From Phoronis australis (Eukaryota; Animalia; Phoronida), in the NCBI GenBank assembly GCA_002633005.1, contig NMRA01000283.1:284351-348350 (forward strand): a DNA stretch of 64,000 nt, given 5' to 3'. The translations under genes and the position numbers were made by a program. Of the stretch, positions 39,578 to 52,960 are shown one piece after another; position 1 is the first letter of the stretch; every line of letters starts with the position of its first letter. Below the pieces are notes generated by a model that was not told where the DNA came from, did no database searches, and worked only from the letters and a program-made list of their open reading frames with translations.

Positions 39578-40680
39578 GATGTTATTTGCGTACAGCGCCT
39601 CCTTCCTCGTGGCCATCTGAAGAACCCTCTAGCTTCTGAGCTGCTGTCAGTCCTGTGAAAAGAATGGACATCGGTTTCAAATTTCTTCATCCTTCTGAAC
39701 CGAACCTTGAGCTATCGTCTGTGTCTGTGGGTGAACGTATGAAACGAGAGCATCTTGCGGCTGCTATTTTCTACCCATGCTAATGTCTACGGTTGAAAAT
39801 TTGAAAATTATAACAAATCTTGTGAGGATACAGAGTCACTTTTTGATTGTTTTGATATAGGCGAAAACAGGCTGACTGGTTGCAAATGCCGCTAAAAGAT
39901 TGCACAGGTATGGCCCACGCGGTTAAATAAACGAGGCGCGTGCGCTTTCAACTAAGATAACCTTGATGTACAACACTTTATTGAACATGAGAAAATAATC
40001 GTTGAAAATAGCCTTCTTTTGGGTGACACAAATCTCGGAAAAGGACGTCTATTTAATAGAGAAATAAATGTAAGCAACACATTCTGTTAGTTTATCTATA
40101 CACGCGTTGAATCTGTCGAGGGAAATACGGCCATGTAATAATGTTTTTTGTATTCACCTCCCGCACTACGGACTAGAAATTCCACGGGTGCTTCACTTCA
40201 GCCGTCCATAGCAAACACAAAACTCAATAAATTTTCAAAAAACAGAGGTTCAACAAACCATGAGGAATTGTTCTTTCTCTCAATATCATTTACAGTGTCC
40301 AGCTCTACCGAGTTCACAACAAATTCCCGGTCAAAACACAAAAACCTTCCCAAAAGTCGTTGCACACCAGCAATATGATACACAACATGATTGTGATTAG
40401 CCACGTAATAAACAGTCAGGGTGAAGTATTTATAAAATGCCGAAAGAAAACAAAAGAAACTCACGAATTCGATGCGTATGGGATAAATACATTCGGTCTC
40501 GGTCGATGCGCGGAATAACGTCTCTTGGGATATTATTTCATGTACGCCACGCTCGGTACGTTTTGTGTATTTTTATGGACATTTTCGCAATCGGATTTTG
40601 CTAATATATCGATGTCTTTTTAATTAAAATCCAAATTAACATTCACAGGGTTGCTGAAAATCAACTAATGATATACTAAA

Positions 40681-40750
40681 ATAATTGCAGGCCGTCCGGT
40701 ACACGTTGTGCCAAACGTGCGCAGGCCGCACATGTGGGCCCTCGCACATT
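40681..40750 (-). mobile_element. tRNA-SINE 3' fragment
   Basis: The reverse complement gggcccacatgtgcggcctgcgcacgtttggcacaacgtgtaccggacggcctgcaattat matches the 3' ends of the SINE copies at 29127 and 54741. Confidence 0.8.
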
Positions 40751-41011
40751 GTCCTCAATTTAGAATGCGGCATACAATGGAAAGAACAACAAGTACGCAT
40801 GTCTGCAATGATGTCCCCAAGATATCACTTTTCAATTTCATTAGCGAAGGTCCACGTGGCGAAAGTATCAATAGATATGAATTTCTTCAACTCAGCTTCC
40901 CTTGAAGCTTGAGGGAAGCTTGGCTTACACGTATCGTTGATGTGTATTCAACTAAACGTTAAAGAGGTCTGGAAAGCAATAAACAGACTAAACTGCAATA
41001 TTGAAAGTGAT

Positions 41012-41404
41012 TTTCTGTCACTGAAACAGAATTCAAACTGCTCACCAGGTATTTTTAGGGTTTGTTCGCAAAGGTTTCCAATTCTGTTGATATCAAATCA
41101 GTTTCTTTTAGTTCCAAATTTTAAGAAAAAAATATCTGTCAACTGCACGCCACTTCGTCGGGTATGGCAATACAAAGACGTAGACCTTTGACTTCGAGCG
41201 ATTTCAAGCAACTGTGAGCGCATGCGCGCATTTATCATAAGAGTTTGTCTTTCGTGCGTATTTAAAAATTGTGAACTTTGTGATTTTTCTCGAAATTTCC
41301 TCCCAAGGGAAAGACAATTACTCTGTACTAGACGTCGCGAGATAGCACTTTCGTCAAGAATTGTTTAAGATATTTTTGACGAGCTTTCGCGTTCCATGCC
41401 TTTT
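41012..41404 (+). repeat. Dispersed repeat family B, copy 2
   Basis: Aligns to 34926-35326. Confidence 0.75.
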
Positions 41405-41659
41405 GAACTATTCAAAAGAAAAGGCAAATTATAGAGTTGGGACAAAATTCACATACAAGCACACAATTTAACATCTGCTCATGTATATGGAATAGTCGCC
41501 TGCGTGAAGCTTAAGCGCATGAGCCTAATATGCGGAAGAAAGCCTTATTCAGAACTTAAGGGCATGGGCAAAATGCGCGCATATACGGTAGACGTGTAAG
41601 TATTTTGATATTTTATTGTACAGCGTGAAGATCGTTAATAGGCAAGTACTCTCAATAGA

Positions 41660-44330
41660 AAAAGAAGAAAATAAATTTATTTATTCCTTAAGAGAGTTCT
41701 TTTTAAAAAATGTTGTGATATCGCATTTAACTTTGGATTCCAATATATGATGAAGAGTTGAAAGTTGTTTTTAACTAGGAGGACCAATTTGAATTGTTTT
41801 GGTTATAGCCACATTCAAAAGTTTTTCTGGTAAGTCTTTCACACTTAAAACTCAATGTTCTATTACACGGACGAACCATATTAATGTGGCGATTATATCT
41901 CGGGGGAATCCTACCTGTCGCACCTCTCCTGGCAGCAATACGAAATGAGCGATGGACACCATATGGATACCTCATAGCCCTGTTTACAACAACAAAAATC
42001 TTGAAATTCCCAGACTCCATAGCAATATTGAATGATAGATTGTACACAGGCGGAATAGAGATAGTTAAAAGTTTTGTACCCCAATTCTCTCGGGTTATTA
42101 AATATAAAAATTACACCACCGAGAGCACGCCCAGCTGAATTACTCAAAATTTGAGCAATCTCTTGAAAATCTAAAAACTCGTTAAAATAGACACTTAAGT
42201 ATTTGTATTTTGATTTGTAAACAAGAATTAAATATTTCAATTTCAAAAGTAAAGTTGTAGTTAGAGACCGAGCAATTCTTATTTCTAAAGTGTACAATAA
42301 TCCTTCATGGATACAAGTTCCCAGTTTTGCACCACTCGCAAACATGGTTAAGCATAGTTTTAATACTGTATTCATTTTCAATATCATCTACATAAAACAA
42401 AATACATTAATTCAAGTTGTCTAACATATATAAATTTAAACTTTAATATCAACTGCAAGATTATTGAAGAAAATATTAAATAGTCTAACTCCGCTAGTTG
42501 TCGGGGAACAATTATTGAAAAAGTCTGTGTTAAGCTTGATGCAAGCTGCACTGTTAAGAAATAATTTCTTAATGACGTTGTACATTTTCCCCTGACATTC
42601 TTATATAACAATTTTAAGAATAGTAGATCTCTGTCAATCCAATCAAAGGCTTGTTTAAAGTCTACAAAACGCGCAAATGTATTTTTCTTATCACATAATT
42701 TGTTTATAATGACTGGTCAATGCATGATCTATTTTTGCGAACTCCATTTTCTTCATCCACAAACAAATTGTTTTTTCGACAAATTTAATGAGTTTATTAT
42801 TAATTAAACTAGACTATAACTTAGATACACATGACAATAAACTTATGCTTATATAGTGAATAGGAGTATACGGATCTTTCTCAGCACTTTTGGGAATTGG
42901 TTTTATAATGGCCTTAAACCAAATACTAGGGACTATCCCCGAGGAGTAGCACAAATTAAAGTTTAAATTAAAGTTTAAGAACATCATCTGATTTTAGAAT
43001 TTCATTGCGAATTTTATCAACCCCAGTTGCCTTTCCTAGTTTAAGATGAATAACAGCTGTTTTCAATAAAAGGAAATTCAGCATTAAGTTCTTCGTCTTG
43101 CAAGTTTTGATACATGTAATTTTCCAAATTCTGTTTTAAATCAATCATACTTCTATAGAAAATTTGTTCAAAATGCGAGAGAATAGAAGCAGCTTTATTA
43201 TATAATGAGCAGAAATTATCTTCCCGCGTGTTCAGAACAAACTGTTTCGCAAATATTAAAATTTATCAAAATCTTTCTGGTCTTTTTCAAATTCTCTATA
43301 AAAATATGCTTTTCTCACTCTTGAACTGTTACACCTTAAAAATAGTTTTAATTTCTTGTGCATTAATTCCCATTTTTTCAGTAAGGCTTGTTATTTTTAT
43401 ACTTCTTTTTAGTTTTACTGGAAGAGTCTATAAATTTGACATTCTTATTCATTTCTTGAAAAACAGAAAACAAAAATCATCATAAAACGAGTCAACTTTA
43501 ATTTGTGATGCAATTGCTAATTGCAATGAATCGGTAAGTTTAATTATGGTTGACCTTCAGATTTAATTATTCATAGACAAATCAAAAGTTTCATTCAACA
43601 GGTATTTCATCAGTATTTGAATTAATGAACTATTCATTACATAACTCACAAAGAATGTAGGAAGTTACAAAAGATAATACAGATTGATCAGGTGGTTTAC
43701 ACAAATCACCAATAAAGTTCGTAAGATTAAGAGTGTAAAGTGTATTTGAGACGAAATCAACCCTACAGAAATCCAAATTATTTTGTGGACATAAGATGTA
43801 TCCAACCACTGATTTTCGGAAATAATCGGACATAACGTGCCCGTATTTTAAGAGCCAGTTTGATGACCGTTATTCAGAGAGAAAACTGGTTCTCAAAATT
43901 CGGGCACTTTATATTAGACCATTACCGATTTTCCTCTACCAGAAATTGAAGTATGATTATCCATAGAAGCATTAATTCTGCCGTTTAAAATACACAGTTT
44001 AAAGTCTTTAACAAATTCGATGAGAGAGTCACCATGTTCATGTTGGAACCATTATCCAGGAATACTATTTCATATATCTTATCAGTGTCTGATCCAGTAT
44101 CTGGTAGAGACCCCAAGCCAGCATTAAAGTCACCCAAAATGTATAGCGCATCTGCATACCATTTACATACAATTGGGAAGTCAGATGGAAAAAAAGCAGT
44201 ACTCTTCTTACCCCCAAGGAGTTTTCAGAGTGCAGATAACATTCATAAACAATAAGTACAAAATCATTAATCTTATTTCTAAGTTTAACTCCAATAATCC
44301 CCTAAACAGATTCAGGAACAACTCTTATGA
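41660..44330 (-). mobile_element. Degenerate non-LTR retrotransposon ORF2 (APE endonuclease plus RT), CR1/L2-like
   Basis: Endonuclease motifs GDFNA and HGDSLIEFVKDFKLCILNGR...GKSV. RT motifs FVDFKQAFDWIDRDLLFLKL, SGVR, YVDD (42383-42394) and YKYLSVYFNEFLDF...LYSACVQSIIQYCYGVW. Many stops and frameshifts. An AATAAA and AT-rich tail lie near 41660-41685. Confidence 0.9.
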
Positions 44331-45774
44331 TAAGGTCATTGAATAGTTTAAATGAAATAAATACTGCATACACAGACTGGGATCATGCAGTTATTTCTTT
44401 TTAATAGTGTGTTTTGCTATTGAAGATTTTTTCAATTGCTTCCACTGGGAACTTAACTGTTCGATTTTGATTTGATGATGTGATCCTTTCAAGACGCAAG
44501 CATTGCGGTTTGCTTTCGTAAGGTTATCGGTGATTAATACGCCTTTATCTAGTCACCATTTTGCCTGAGGTGACTTCTCAGTCTTGTGGTACAAGAATGG
44601 TGTAATTCCTTACGACAGCGAGGGCAGTTAACACCAATTGCATTTACTCCACTCGGATACTGCAATGACAAAAATGCCAAGTGAAATGACAAGTCAATTA
44701 CCAGCTGCCGTCTTCTTTCTACAACTAATGAGAGTACTGGGAACAACTTGTGATTAAATTTTCTGTCGTGGTAAAGAACCGTGAGTAGAATAATCGAGCA
44801 CATTAACTGGAATGGCTGCCAGCGGCAAACGGCATTTCAAACTTTGAACTCAAATTATTTGTCGCCCTACGGTATGATGTGACCTTTATTATACCTCCTC
44901 TCGCGACATCCTCTGGTACATTTCTTTCCCTAAGTCATGAAAATAATAATGAATTCTGTCGATCAAGATTTGACTTTTGGAACTGGTTCCATTCTGAACT
45001 GTAAAACCCTGGCCTGGTGTCGCATTCCTTGAAGGTCAGATATTACTCTCTTGGTACAGATATCCTCGTCGTTTTTAAGTTAAGTTAAAAAAACTTTAAA
45101 ATCTCAACTGACTATAAATTTATAAAATCAATATTTGACACGTAAACGCGTTATGTCTATAAGGAATCTGATTTAATTAACTAACCTTTATATACGGCAA
45201 GTTAATCTTAGAATACACCATGTTTTTCTTTTTGCTTTTGGTCTGCTCAATTTTAATAACTTCCTTATTACTGACGTCATTGCATCTGATTTTCATTGTG
45301 TTTCCATTTGAATGACTTTTGATCATTTAAGTGAACACATCAATATGACTCCACTTGGACTGTCAGTGTGTTGCTACGATATGGAATACGGCTAGTGTAG
45401 AGATTATAACGAGTCAGATGCTTTTAAATTCTATCACTTGTCATCACTACTTAGACAATGTTGGCGAGCTTTTCAGCATCAGCTTTTACTAGGAAGAGTT
45501 CGAAGTCAAGAGAAACAATTGGCGACAATGAAGCATAAATAAAATTCAATAAGTTGAATAGAATTACAAAAATATAGCCATCACCGGTAGCTTTTCAGAA
45601 CGTTTTCGCGAGAAATGTTTCGATTTTTGGACGCGAATGTGTTCTTTTGCTTTTATTAGCGCAATAACCTGCGAGGCCAGTTACAATCGACTTCCTGGAT
45701 TGTTGACGAACGTGATCTTCACACCGTATATTCTGGCAATCTTTTATAAAAAACCAAAAAACAGCACATCTAAG

Positions 45775-46042
45775 CAGTTATAATTATAAGGTTATCGGGT
45801 TTTCAAAGAGCTCAGCCTATTTAGAAAAGCGAGTTTTATAGAAATTAACCGGTTCATTGAGATCACTTGAATTGATGACTCAGAGTGGACTTCAGTAGGT
45901 AAATTAGTCGAACACTGTGATTTTGGAAACAATCTTAGGCATGGGATCGAAATCTATTAAAACTAGGCATGCGTGTCTCGCTATTTCTGGAAGACGGGAG
46001 AGGATTGCAAACTCACCCGGCTGTCTACCCGAGTGAGTTCCG
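45775..46042 (+). repeat. Dispersed repeat family C, copy 1
   Basis: aggttatcgggttttcaa...tttagaaaagcgagtttt...aattagtcgaa...aagacgggagaggattgcaaactcac aligns to 61445-61738. Confidence 0.75.
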
Positions 46043-46147
46043 TCGGCCTTCAATAAAACCGACTATGCACTTTTAACGGGTTTCGCCAAGCGCTTTTTCA
46101 AATCGTAAGCTGTATTTCGCAAAAGTTTAACTTCTGTCTCATTTAAT

Positions 46148-46289
46148 TCCCCTTACTGCCTTGCTCCCTCCATCACCCCCGTCCTACCCTCCGTCGTATC
46201 CACCTTTTCAGCTCCCCCTCCCTCACCCTTCGTCTTACCTATCTTGCCAACTCACCCCCTCCTTCACTCTCCGTCTTACTCTCCCATCN
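46148..46289. repeat. C-rich pyrimidine-biased degenerate repeat ending at an ambiguous base
   Basis: About 3 copies of ccctccNtcacYcYYcgtcYtac, with an 'n' at 46289. Confidence 0.6.
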
Positions 46290-49200
46290 ATCCGTTAATC
46301 TGATTAATGAACACCTAACGACTGCTGCCACTTAACACGATTGACATGATTGACATGCGCATCGGCGCTGAAAAGGGGATCTGATTTGATACTTATACGT
46401 CTGTCATAAAAACAATTATTGTGACATTGCCAATTATTTTATGACGACTTGATTCGCTGGTGCCATGCAGTCCATCTGCTATTAAGGGACGAATATATTC
46501 ATTAGAGGCCAACTCGTTACAGATAACAGAAAATGATTCGAGCAGTTTTGGATGGGTAATAAGATTTTCTAAAAATTCTATGGATTCTGCATTTGAAACC
46601 CATGTACAGCATGAGCAAAATTAAGACGATCTTTCGTGTTTGCAAAGAGAGCAATTTAAAATGGACTACCTACGTCTTGTAACGGCATTTATTACATTAA
46701 AACCGGTATGCTGTGAAAATGAATATAATGTTGTTCTAATTTCCTTTCTAATAGTGGTTTTAGTTGTGCGATAAAATCAATAAAAAAATGGAAGTTGTAT
46801 AGAAGAAACTCGAAATGAAGCTCCTAACCTTGAACCGTCTTGAAGTGATGACGTAATTAAACACTTCAAAATCTAGATTTTTTTCTCGAAACTGTACTTC
46901 CCTTCGCATGTTAACTCATTTAAATACATTTTTGTTTAACTTTTGAGCACCGAAGTACACGACATTGCCAACGATTGACAGAAGGTGGTGTAGCACATGT
47001 ATTTGCGTTCTCAGTAGTTCGTTAATTCTGCATCGTACCAAATTCGTCCCCAGATCGTCTGAGCTCATTTCAGTATCTTGATGATACGGGTAGGGGACGG
47101 AACCCATGGACAGAAATGCACTCCAAACATGTTTTGAGCAAAGTTTACCATTTCCGCCAGTTCACAACCGGTGTCGCCACGTTTTTGGGAATGCTCGGAC
47201 GTAATAAGAACGAAAACATTTTGACACAGCCTTTAGGTCAGGGGGGCAAGGGATTTTTCGAACTTCGATTTGACTGAAATTATTTCACGGTTTTCGTACA
47301 GAAAGTCTTTTAAAACTCGTAATTCAGTCTTGAAAACTCTGACGTGCGTCGTGTGCCTGGCATGTTATCTTTCGTGTTTCGTGTTCAAACTATCAAATAA
47401 AATCAGTATTTTTTAAATGTTCTCAGTTTCCGGTGGTTTCGATAATTACATCGGTCCTTCATCAACCCCTTCAATATCTGGCACGTACCGATATTTTCAA
47501 GGTCACAAATGCATTTTTATAGTTCCCCACCCCCCTGTGGTTTAGGTATGCAAGTAACTGTGCTTAAAGATGCTATGTCGCATTAAAACCGTGAATTTTT
47601 AAATTTGTAGCAAGCACCACCTTGTGACTTCCTGGAAAACTGTGTGTACAAGCATAATCTGGTAAATAAACAACTTGTAAATAAATTGCGGTTTTAGCGA
47701 AAAAACCACAACTGATACACTGAAAAACAAGTGTGAACGTAGAGAAAACCCTGGTAATTCCAAATACTACGTAATCGTTATTTGATAGTGAAACGAACAC
47801 ATCATAAAAACTGTACCATGTTTCATGATATATTACCATACTCATTTACATAAAAATAGCCTCGCAAAACGAGAATTTCGCGAGATTGTAATGGTAACTG
47901 GTTCTCATATGTTTTCCAGCACAACGGAAGACCCGGGATTATTTGTAAACTAGTACTTCACCTGTATATTCGCAATTTAATGAGACATAACATCGTTAAT
48001 ACTTTTAAACAGTAACAGACATGCGGAATCGAACAACTCAAACCACGGGATCAAAATAAAAGAGCACCAGAAATGTACCCGCTGACTACTGTTACCACAA
48101 CACCAAGGCATTGTTTGAATTTAAGGTACAGTCAGATTTCAATTATTGATAAACAAGTTCAACCATTAGAAATTTTGACTGCAAGAACTACCGGCCGCAA
48201 GGATCTGCAGAATCGTCAACTGAACTTAGTAGTGTTTACTTGGTCAATGTTCATACAAAATGCAAAAATTTTTGGTTAAAGCCAACATCAAAACATGCAC
48301 CAAAACGCTTAAACAGAAAACTCCGACAGTGTTCAACAACAGAAAATGTTTAAACTTGGTTGTGACATCTGTACAGATGAAAATAAACAATTTGATAAAG
48401 ATAAATACACGTTTGATTGAATTACAATATTTTTTCATAGGCGCAGCCTGCACTTGTAACGAAGCCACAAAAATGTCATGCGTGGAAAACATTTCCACGC
48501 AATTTGTTGTTGCATTTTCATAAGGATTATTTGGGAATTGATTTAAGAATTCAATGAACGTATTTTAACAGAAGACGTTATAAGATTTCTAATGTCAACT
48601 TCGATACTGACGAAACACAATGCAGTAAAAGCATTTTTCGTGACCAGTGTTTCATGGCGAGATATATAAACTGAAGTAGCAGCTAGCAGGATTCACCTTC
48701 ACAAACAAAATATACCCTTGTCAGCGTGGGTTGGTCGATTTCTCGTTTACTTCATACAGGGTGTTAGGCACTGGCAAAATTGTTCTTAATATACACTAAC
48801 TCGCGAGTTAAATGCTATGCCCTTTAATGTTTTTATACATGCAGTCACAAGCCAATTGGTTTCTCACTTTAGCTACCGCAGAGATTTTAATACAAGCCGG
48901 GTTTCCACTAGAAGACATGGCACTCAAAAACGATGAACGACAATATCCAATGCAAGCCCGATCTCCAGCATCAAACGATTTGTCCATGCGTCAGCGATTT
49001 TGGAGCGAACGATTGGCAATGGCGCCTTTTTACCGTGTGTCGTATCCTAATGGAAAATTTCTGCAAACGCAGTATGGCCACGCCCACCATAGTTGCAGTT
49101 ACGAAGTCTCGCAAGTGCAAAGGCAATGGCGACAACAGATTGATTTCGATGTTACCAATGAGTCACTAAAACTGCTACCGTATATATCTGGAGCCATAAA

Positions 49201-50329
49201 ATCACACAGGGACCTGTGGAAATATCTGCGATTCCCAGCTTTTTTTCGCGTCCATTCACAGATTACTAACCCATCGGTATCAACCGAAACTCATTCAGGT
49301 GTCAGGTAGAATTAAACAGCTAGCTGGTTACCGTGGTTGTAAATGTAGTTTTGAACTGTACCCATGAAGTATTCAATGACACGATTGGATGATTTGGTAA
49401 CCTATTCCAAAGCACAACTGATGGTAGGAAAACCATCTTTGGGTGATTAGACAGCGCCAACTTTGTTGATGGTCACTGGTCAGAAGTCTTGGCCAGGGTC
49501 TAATCTTTTGCTTGAAATCGAACTTGAAAATATTTTTGACATTTTCGCTCTACCTGAATACAAGGTTAAGATAATTGTCCTTTATTCAGTCTCCGAGCAT
49601 ATTCAAGTTTACGCAGGTGAGTGTCTAGTCAAAGAACGCACTTGATGACCGCAAGATTCGATCCACGAACCCGAGTAGAACCTGGAGACATCACGTGAGA
49701 AATAGAGACTTCGGGTTTAGGCTCGACCTTATTGCTTTAATGCCGGGTTCATCAAGTAAAAAATAGGATTACACAATCATCCACGTAAAACGTACTCGAG
49801 CATAAAGTTGTAAATAATTATTTTGAGTTCGTATTCAAGTAGAACGGAAAATGCCAAAAAAGTTTCGAGTTCGACTTCCAGTAAAACGATAAGGCACCGG
49901 GTCCAGGCTTTATGAAAATCAATATACGACTGAGTCTTGGGTTGTCAGCGATGTCACGTAACTCACATTATCTGTCATCCATATATTTTCCACATGTTTG
50001 CTTGTTAGCTTAGTTCACGTCAGATACAGTTAAGGAAACAAAATTATTCGCGAAACGTTATTTATGTTAATTTCTTTCACTTAATACTTTTTGTTCTGAT
50101 TGTAAGGACTACCACATTTTTTATTCCACAAATGTTTTTCCTTGTTCGTTATCCGTCAATCATTGATATGAACTGTTCGTATTCCAAGCTTGTCGATTAG
50201 CAACGAATGTTTGTAAAACTGGAAGACGATGGTAGTGTTTACATTTTTCAGCGTCCTGGCTCTCTAGTGGTATATTTTTTCATTATGGTATTGATATAAA
50301 GAATCTCATATAGAAGGGAGGACAAAAAG

Positions 50330-50378
50330 ACACACGCACGCGCCACACACACACACGCACACATGCAAATGCACATGC
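50330..50378. repeat. Imperfect (CA)n microsatellite
   Basis: cacacgcacgcgccacacacacacacgcacacatgca is read directly. Confidence 0.8.
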
Positions 50379-50379
50379 A

Positions 50380-51070
50380 AAGGTTATTTTCAGCCATTTG
50401 CTCCAGAATATCTGGTATTCATACAACTTCTTCTTAGAGGAACGTGTCTTTGGGTGTGAAATTCTCTTTTTTATTATGTTATCAAATATTTAAATTGCAA
50501 CAAGATTCTATTTAAAGATTTATTTCCTTTATTGTTGGGAAAACCAAAAAAACGGTTTTGTCCAAAATTAAACTAATGCCTCTTTCAGACAGTACACAAT
50601 TGCGTAACTCTTCTGTTGGTATTTTTAAATTTTCACATTCGAAAAACAAATGGTTCATTGTTTTACTCTGTGACTGACAGAAAATGCACACATCAGAGTC
50701 TACCAATTTGATTTTTTTTGAGAAAACAATTCGTTTCAAGAATTCTATGTAATACTTTAAATTGCACTGCACTTAATTTCAAATGAAAGCTAGGTTTGAA
50801 ATAGAAGGAGCATAAAGTTCTCTAATCATCACTTGTTAAGATATAACCATCTGCGTGGAATCTTTTCCGAGCAAAAGGCATACATTTGTTTTGGCAAATA
50901 ATTTCATATTAATTCTCTTGCATACTGCAATTTAAAGTGTTACAAACATTAAAAAGCACAGACTATTTGTCTATGCATCTTCTTAATCACTTTGCGTAAT
51001 GGTGTTCTTCCCAGAAACGACCTCATAGAATCAATCAATAATCTCACCCATTATAAATCTGAGTTGAGAA
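50380..51070 (-). mobile_element. L1/Tx1-like LINE 3' remnant (zf-RVT zinc-binding domain)
   Basis: LKRIVFSKKIKLVDSDVCIFCQSQSKTMNHLFFEC matches the CxFC...ETxxHLFxEC motif of L1/Tx1 ORF2 C-termini. Boundaries are approximate. Confidence 0.75.
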
Positions 51071-51099
51071 GTCACCATATTAAAATATTCTATGTTTAC

Positions 51100-51420
51100 C
51101 ACTCTCACTCGGAAACAAATGCAAGGTGTGTAACTGAAACACATCTGAAAACATAAATGTCTGGGCTTCTATTGGAAGCTTGACGGTAGCTTTAGTGACT
51201 GCGTATGAACATTTGGACATGGGTGAGCAAGAGAACGTAAATATACAAGACACCAGTTTAAGACATATAGACGGCAGTCCAGTTTTCAAATATTTACACG
51301 GTAGTCGGAAACATTCAATATCAACATCAGTTTTGCTCTTGGAATTTGCAACGCGTTGATAGGATATTAAAGTCCTTAAAACCACCATTTACCTTGTTTT
51401 GACAAAGAACTACAGTGTAC
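51100..51420 (+). pseudogene. Possible KolX / P2X7-ballast-like protein C-terminal half, degenerate
   Basis: Frame-shifted peptides RCVTETH, SLTVALVTAYEHL and SLRHI...FKYLHG resemble CITxH..F..VCL...R(Y/H)xAYRQF..W.HG. It converges on the THAP remnant at 51590-51732. Confidence 0.45.
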
Positions 51421-51589
51421 ATTGTCACCATTAAACCTTCCTTTATAGCGCTACATATCACAATCGTGAAATAAATCAATTCAATGTCCCAAAAACGAGA
51501 AAAATAAAGATAAGAGACTTTTTTGAAAGTTTCTTAGCTCCACGAACATGAGTGTGACTTATGAACGTTCTCAACGCCAGTGTGTCACG

Positions 51590-51732
51590 TCCATGTCCAC
51601 CAGCACGCGAGTTTCTTGTACAAACATGTGCCATATCCGCGCTTTGTCGGTGTCCCGCGGGAAAGCGAAAAGAGCCAAAACATGGTCAAATACTAAGTTG
51701 TCAAAACCACCACAAACACAACGCCTCGCCAG
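51590..51732 (-). pseudogene. THAP domain remnant (third Kolobok-like element)
   Basis: Hand translation LARRCVCGGFDNLVFDHVLALFAFPRDTDKARIWHMFVQETR fits the THAP pattern RCVxxGC...LFxFPxD...WxxFV. Confidence 0.7.
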
Positions 51733-52104
51733 TCCTTATTATAACATAACCCACCGGAAAAACGAGAAGAAATATCTGACGACTTTTCACACTAAACACA
51801 ATGGAGGATGACAAGTGCTGTGATAGGTTGTCCCGATTTTAGGTAGTATGTATCGACCAATAAATGCTCGTAATTCGAGATCAGCTAATTACCATATCGG
51901 CATCTGGTGTTTGAGGGTATTCTAATTTAACAGCTGATCGACTGTTGGGATTGTTTTTTGTTTGTTTTTTGGTGTTTTTTTGATGTGATACTGCTGGTTT
52001 GACGCACTTTAGGGCTGACCCAATGACACATTGTCATTAAGCAGGGCCACAGCAGTCGCATCAGTCCAAACAATTACACCAATTCGTACTGTCCTCAACA
52101 GAAA

Positions 52105-52960
52105 TCTGTCAAATTTCATAAGAACCATCAAAGAACTTGATAGATTTGAAAAAATCAAATTGTCATAAGGGAGCACCGAAGTGGTCTGATCCGTCTAAAA
52201 ATTTATGCTATGAAGATCCACCGTGGAACCGAAAACAACACGACAATAGAGGCCGCAAAATAGGTCGAATTCACCAAAAACTGGTCAGGTGCCATCCTTT
52301 TCTTCATAGAACGTTATTTGCCAAAATTTTGTGAAGATTTATCAAAAAAAACGTTATAGATATTTAGACATATGCTCAAAGAGAACCCTCATTGCCACAA
52401 AGGGACGCCACAGTGGTTTGACTCGTCCAGAAGTTAGCACTTGAGGTTGCTCTCTGAAGAGCATACCAATCAAATTTCATGAAGATCCATCAAGGAAATT
52501 GGTAGATATTCGGCACAGACAAAAACTAAATCGTCAGATCGTCAGTAGGGGGCGCCACAGTATTCGAACCCGTCCAAAAATCAATATCAGGAGTGCACTC
52601 TTCAATATTAAAGATATTTGACTATCAGAATCATCTTTTTGAGCTGTGTGGCCGAAAGAGAGACGACTCGAAGATAATGAAAATGGACACTACTGAGGGG
52701 GCGCGGAATACGTCAAATCCGTGACTGCAGATGCCTTGACATCACAATAGAAATGCTTTTGCCAATTTTCATAAAGAAACTGGGTAGGTATGCTGCAGAG
52801 GAAAACGTAAAGAATTCTAAATTGCCAAAAGTAGCCGAATTCCGTCCCAAAGTCTCAGTCATTTGTCGCCAACTTTATTTCTGCCAAATTTCACTAAGAT
52901 CCTGCAAGGCGTTTAGGAGATACAACAGCGCTCTGCGGATACTGGACACAGAACGCCAAA
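52105..52960 (+). repeat. Degenerate ~150-bp subrepeat array in an unclassified non-autonomous element
   Basis: caaatttcatgaagatcc-like motifs recur at 52111, 52322, 52471, 52761 and 52883. agggggcgccacag...ccgtccaaaaat-like motifs recur at 52168, 52401, 52546 and 52695. Confidence 0.55.

Noticed and set aside
48812-49309. 165-aa ORF as a gene
   Set aside because: No recognisable motif or splice context; compatible with a chance ORF.
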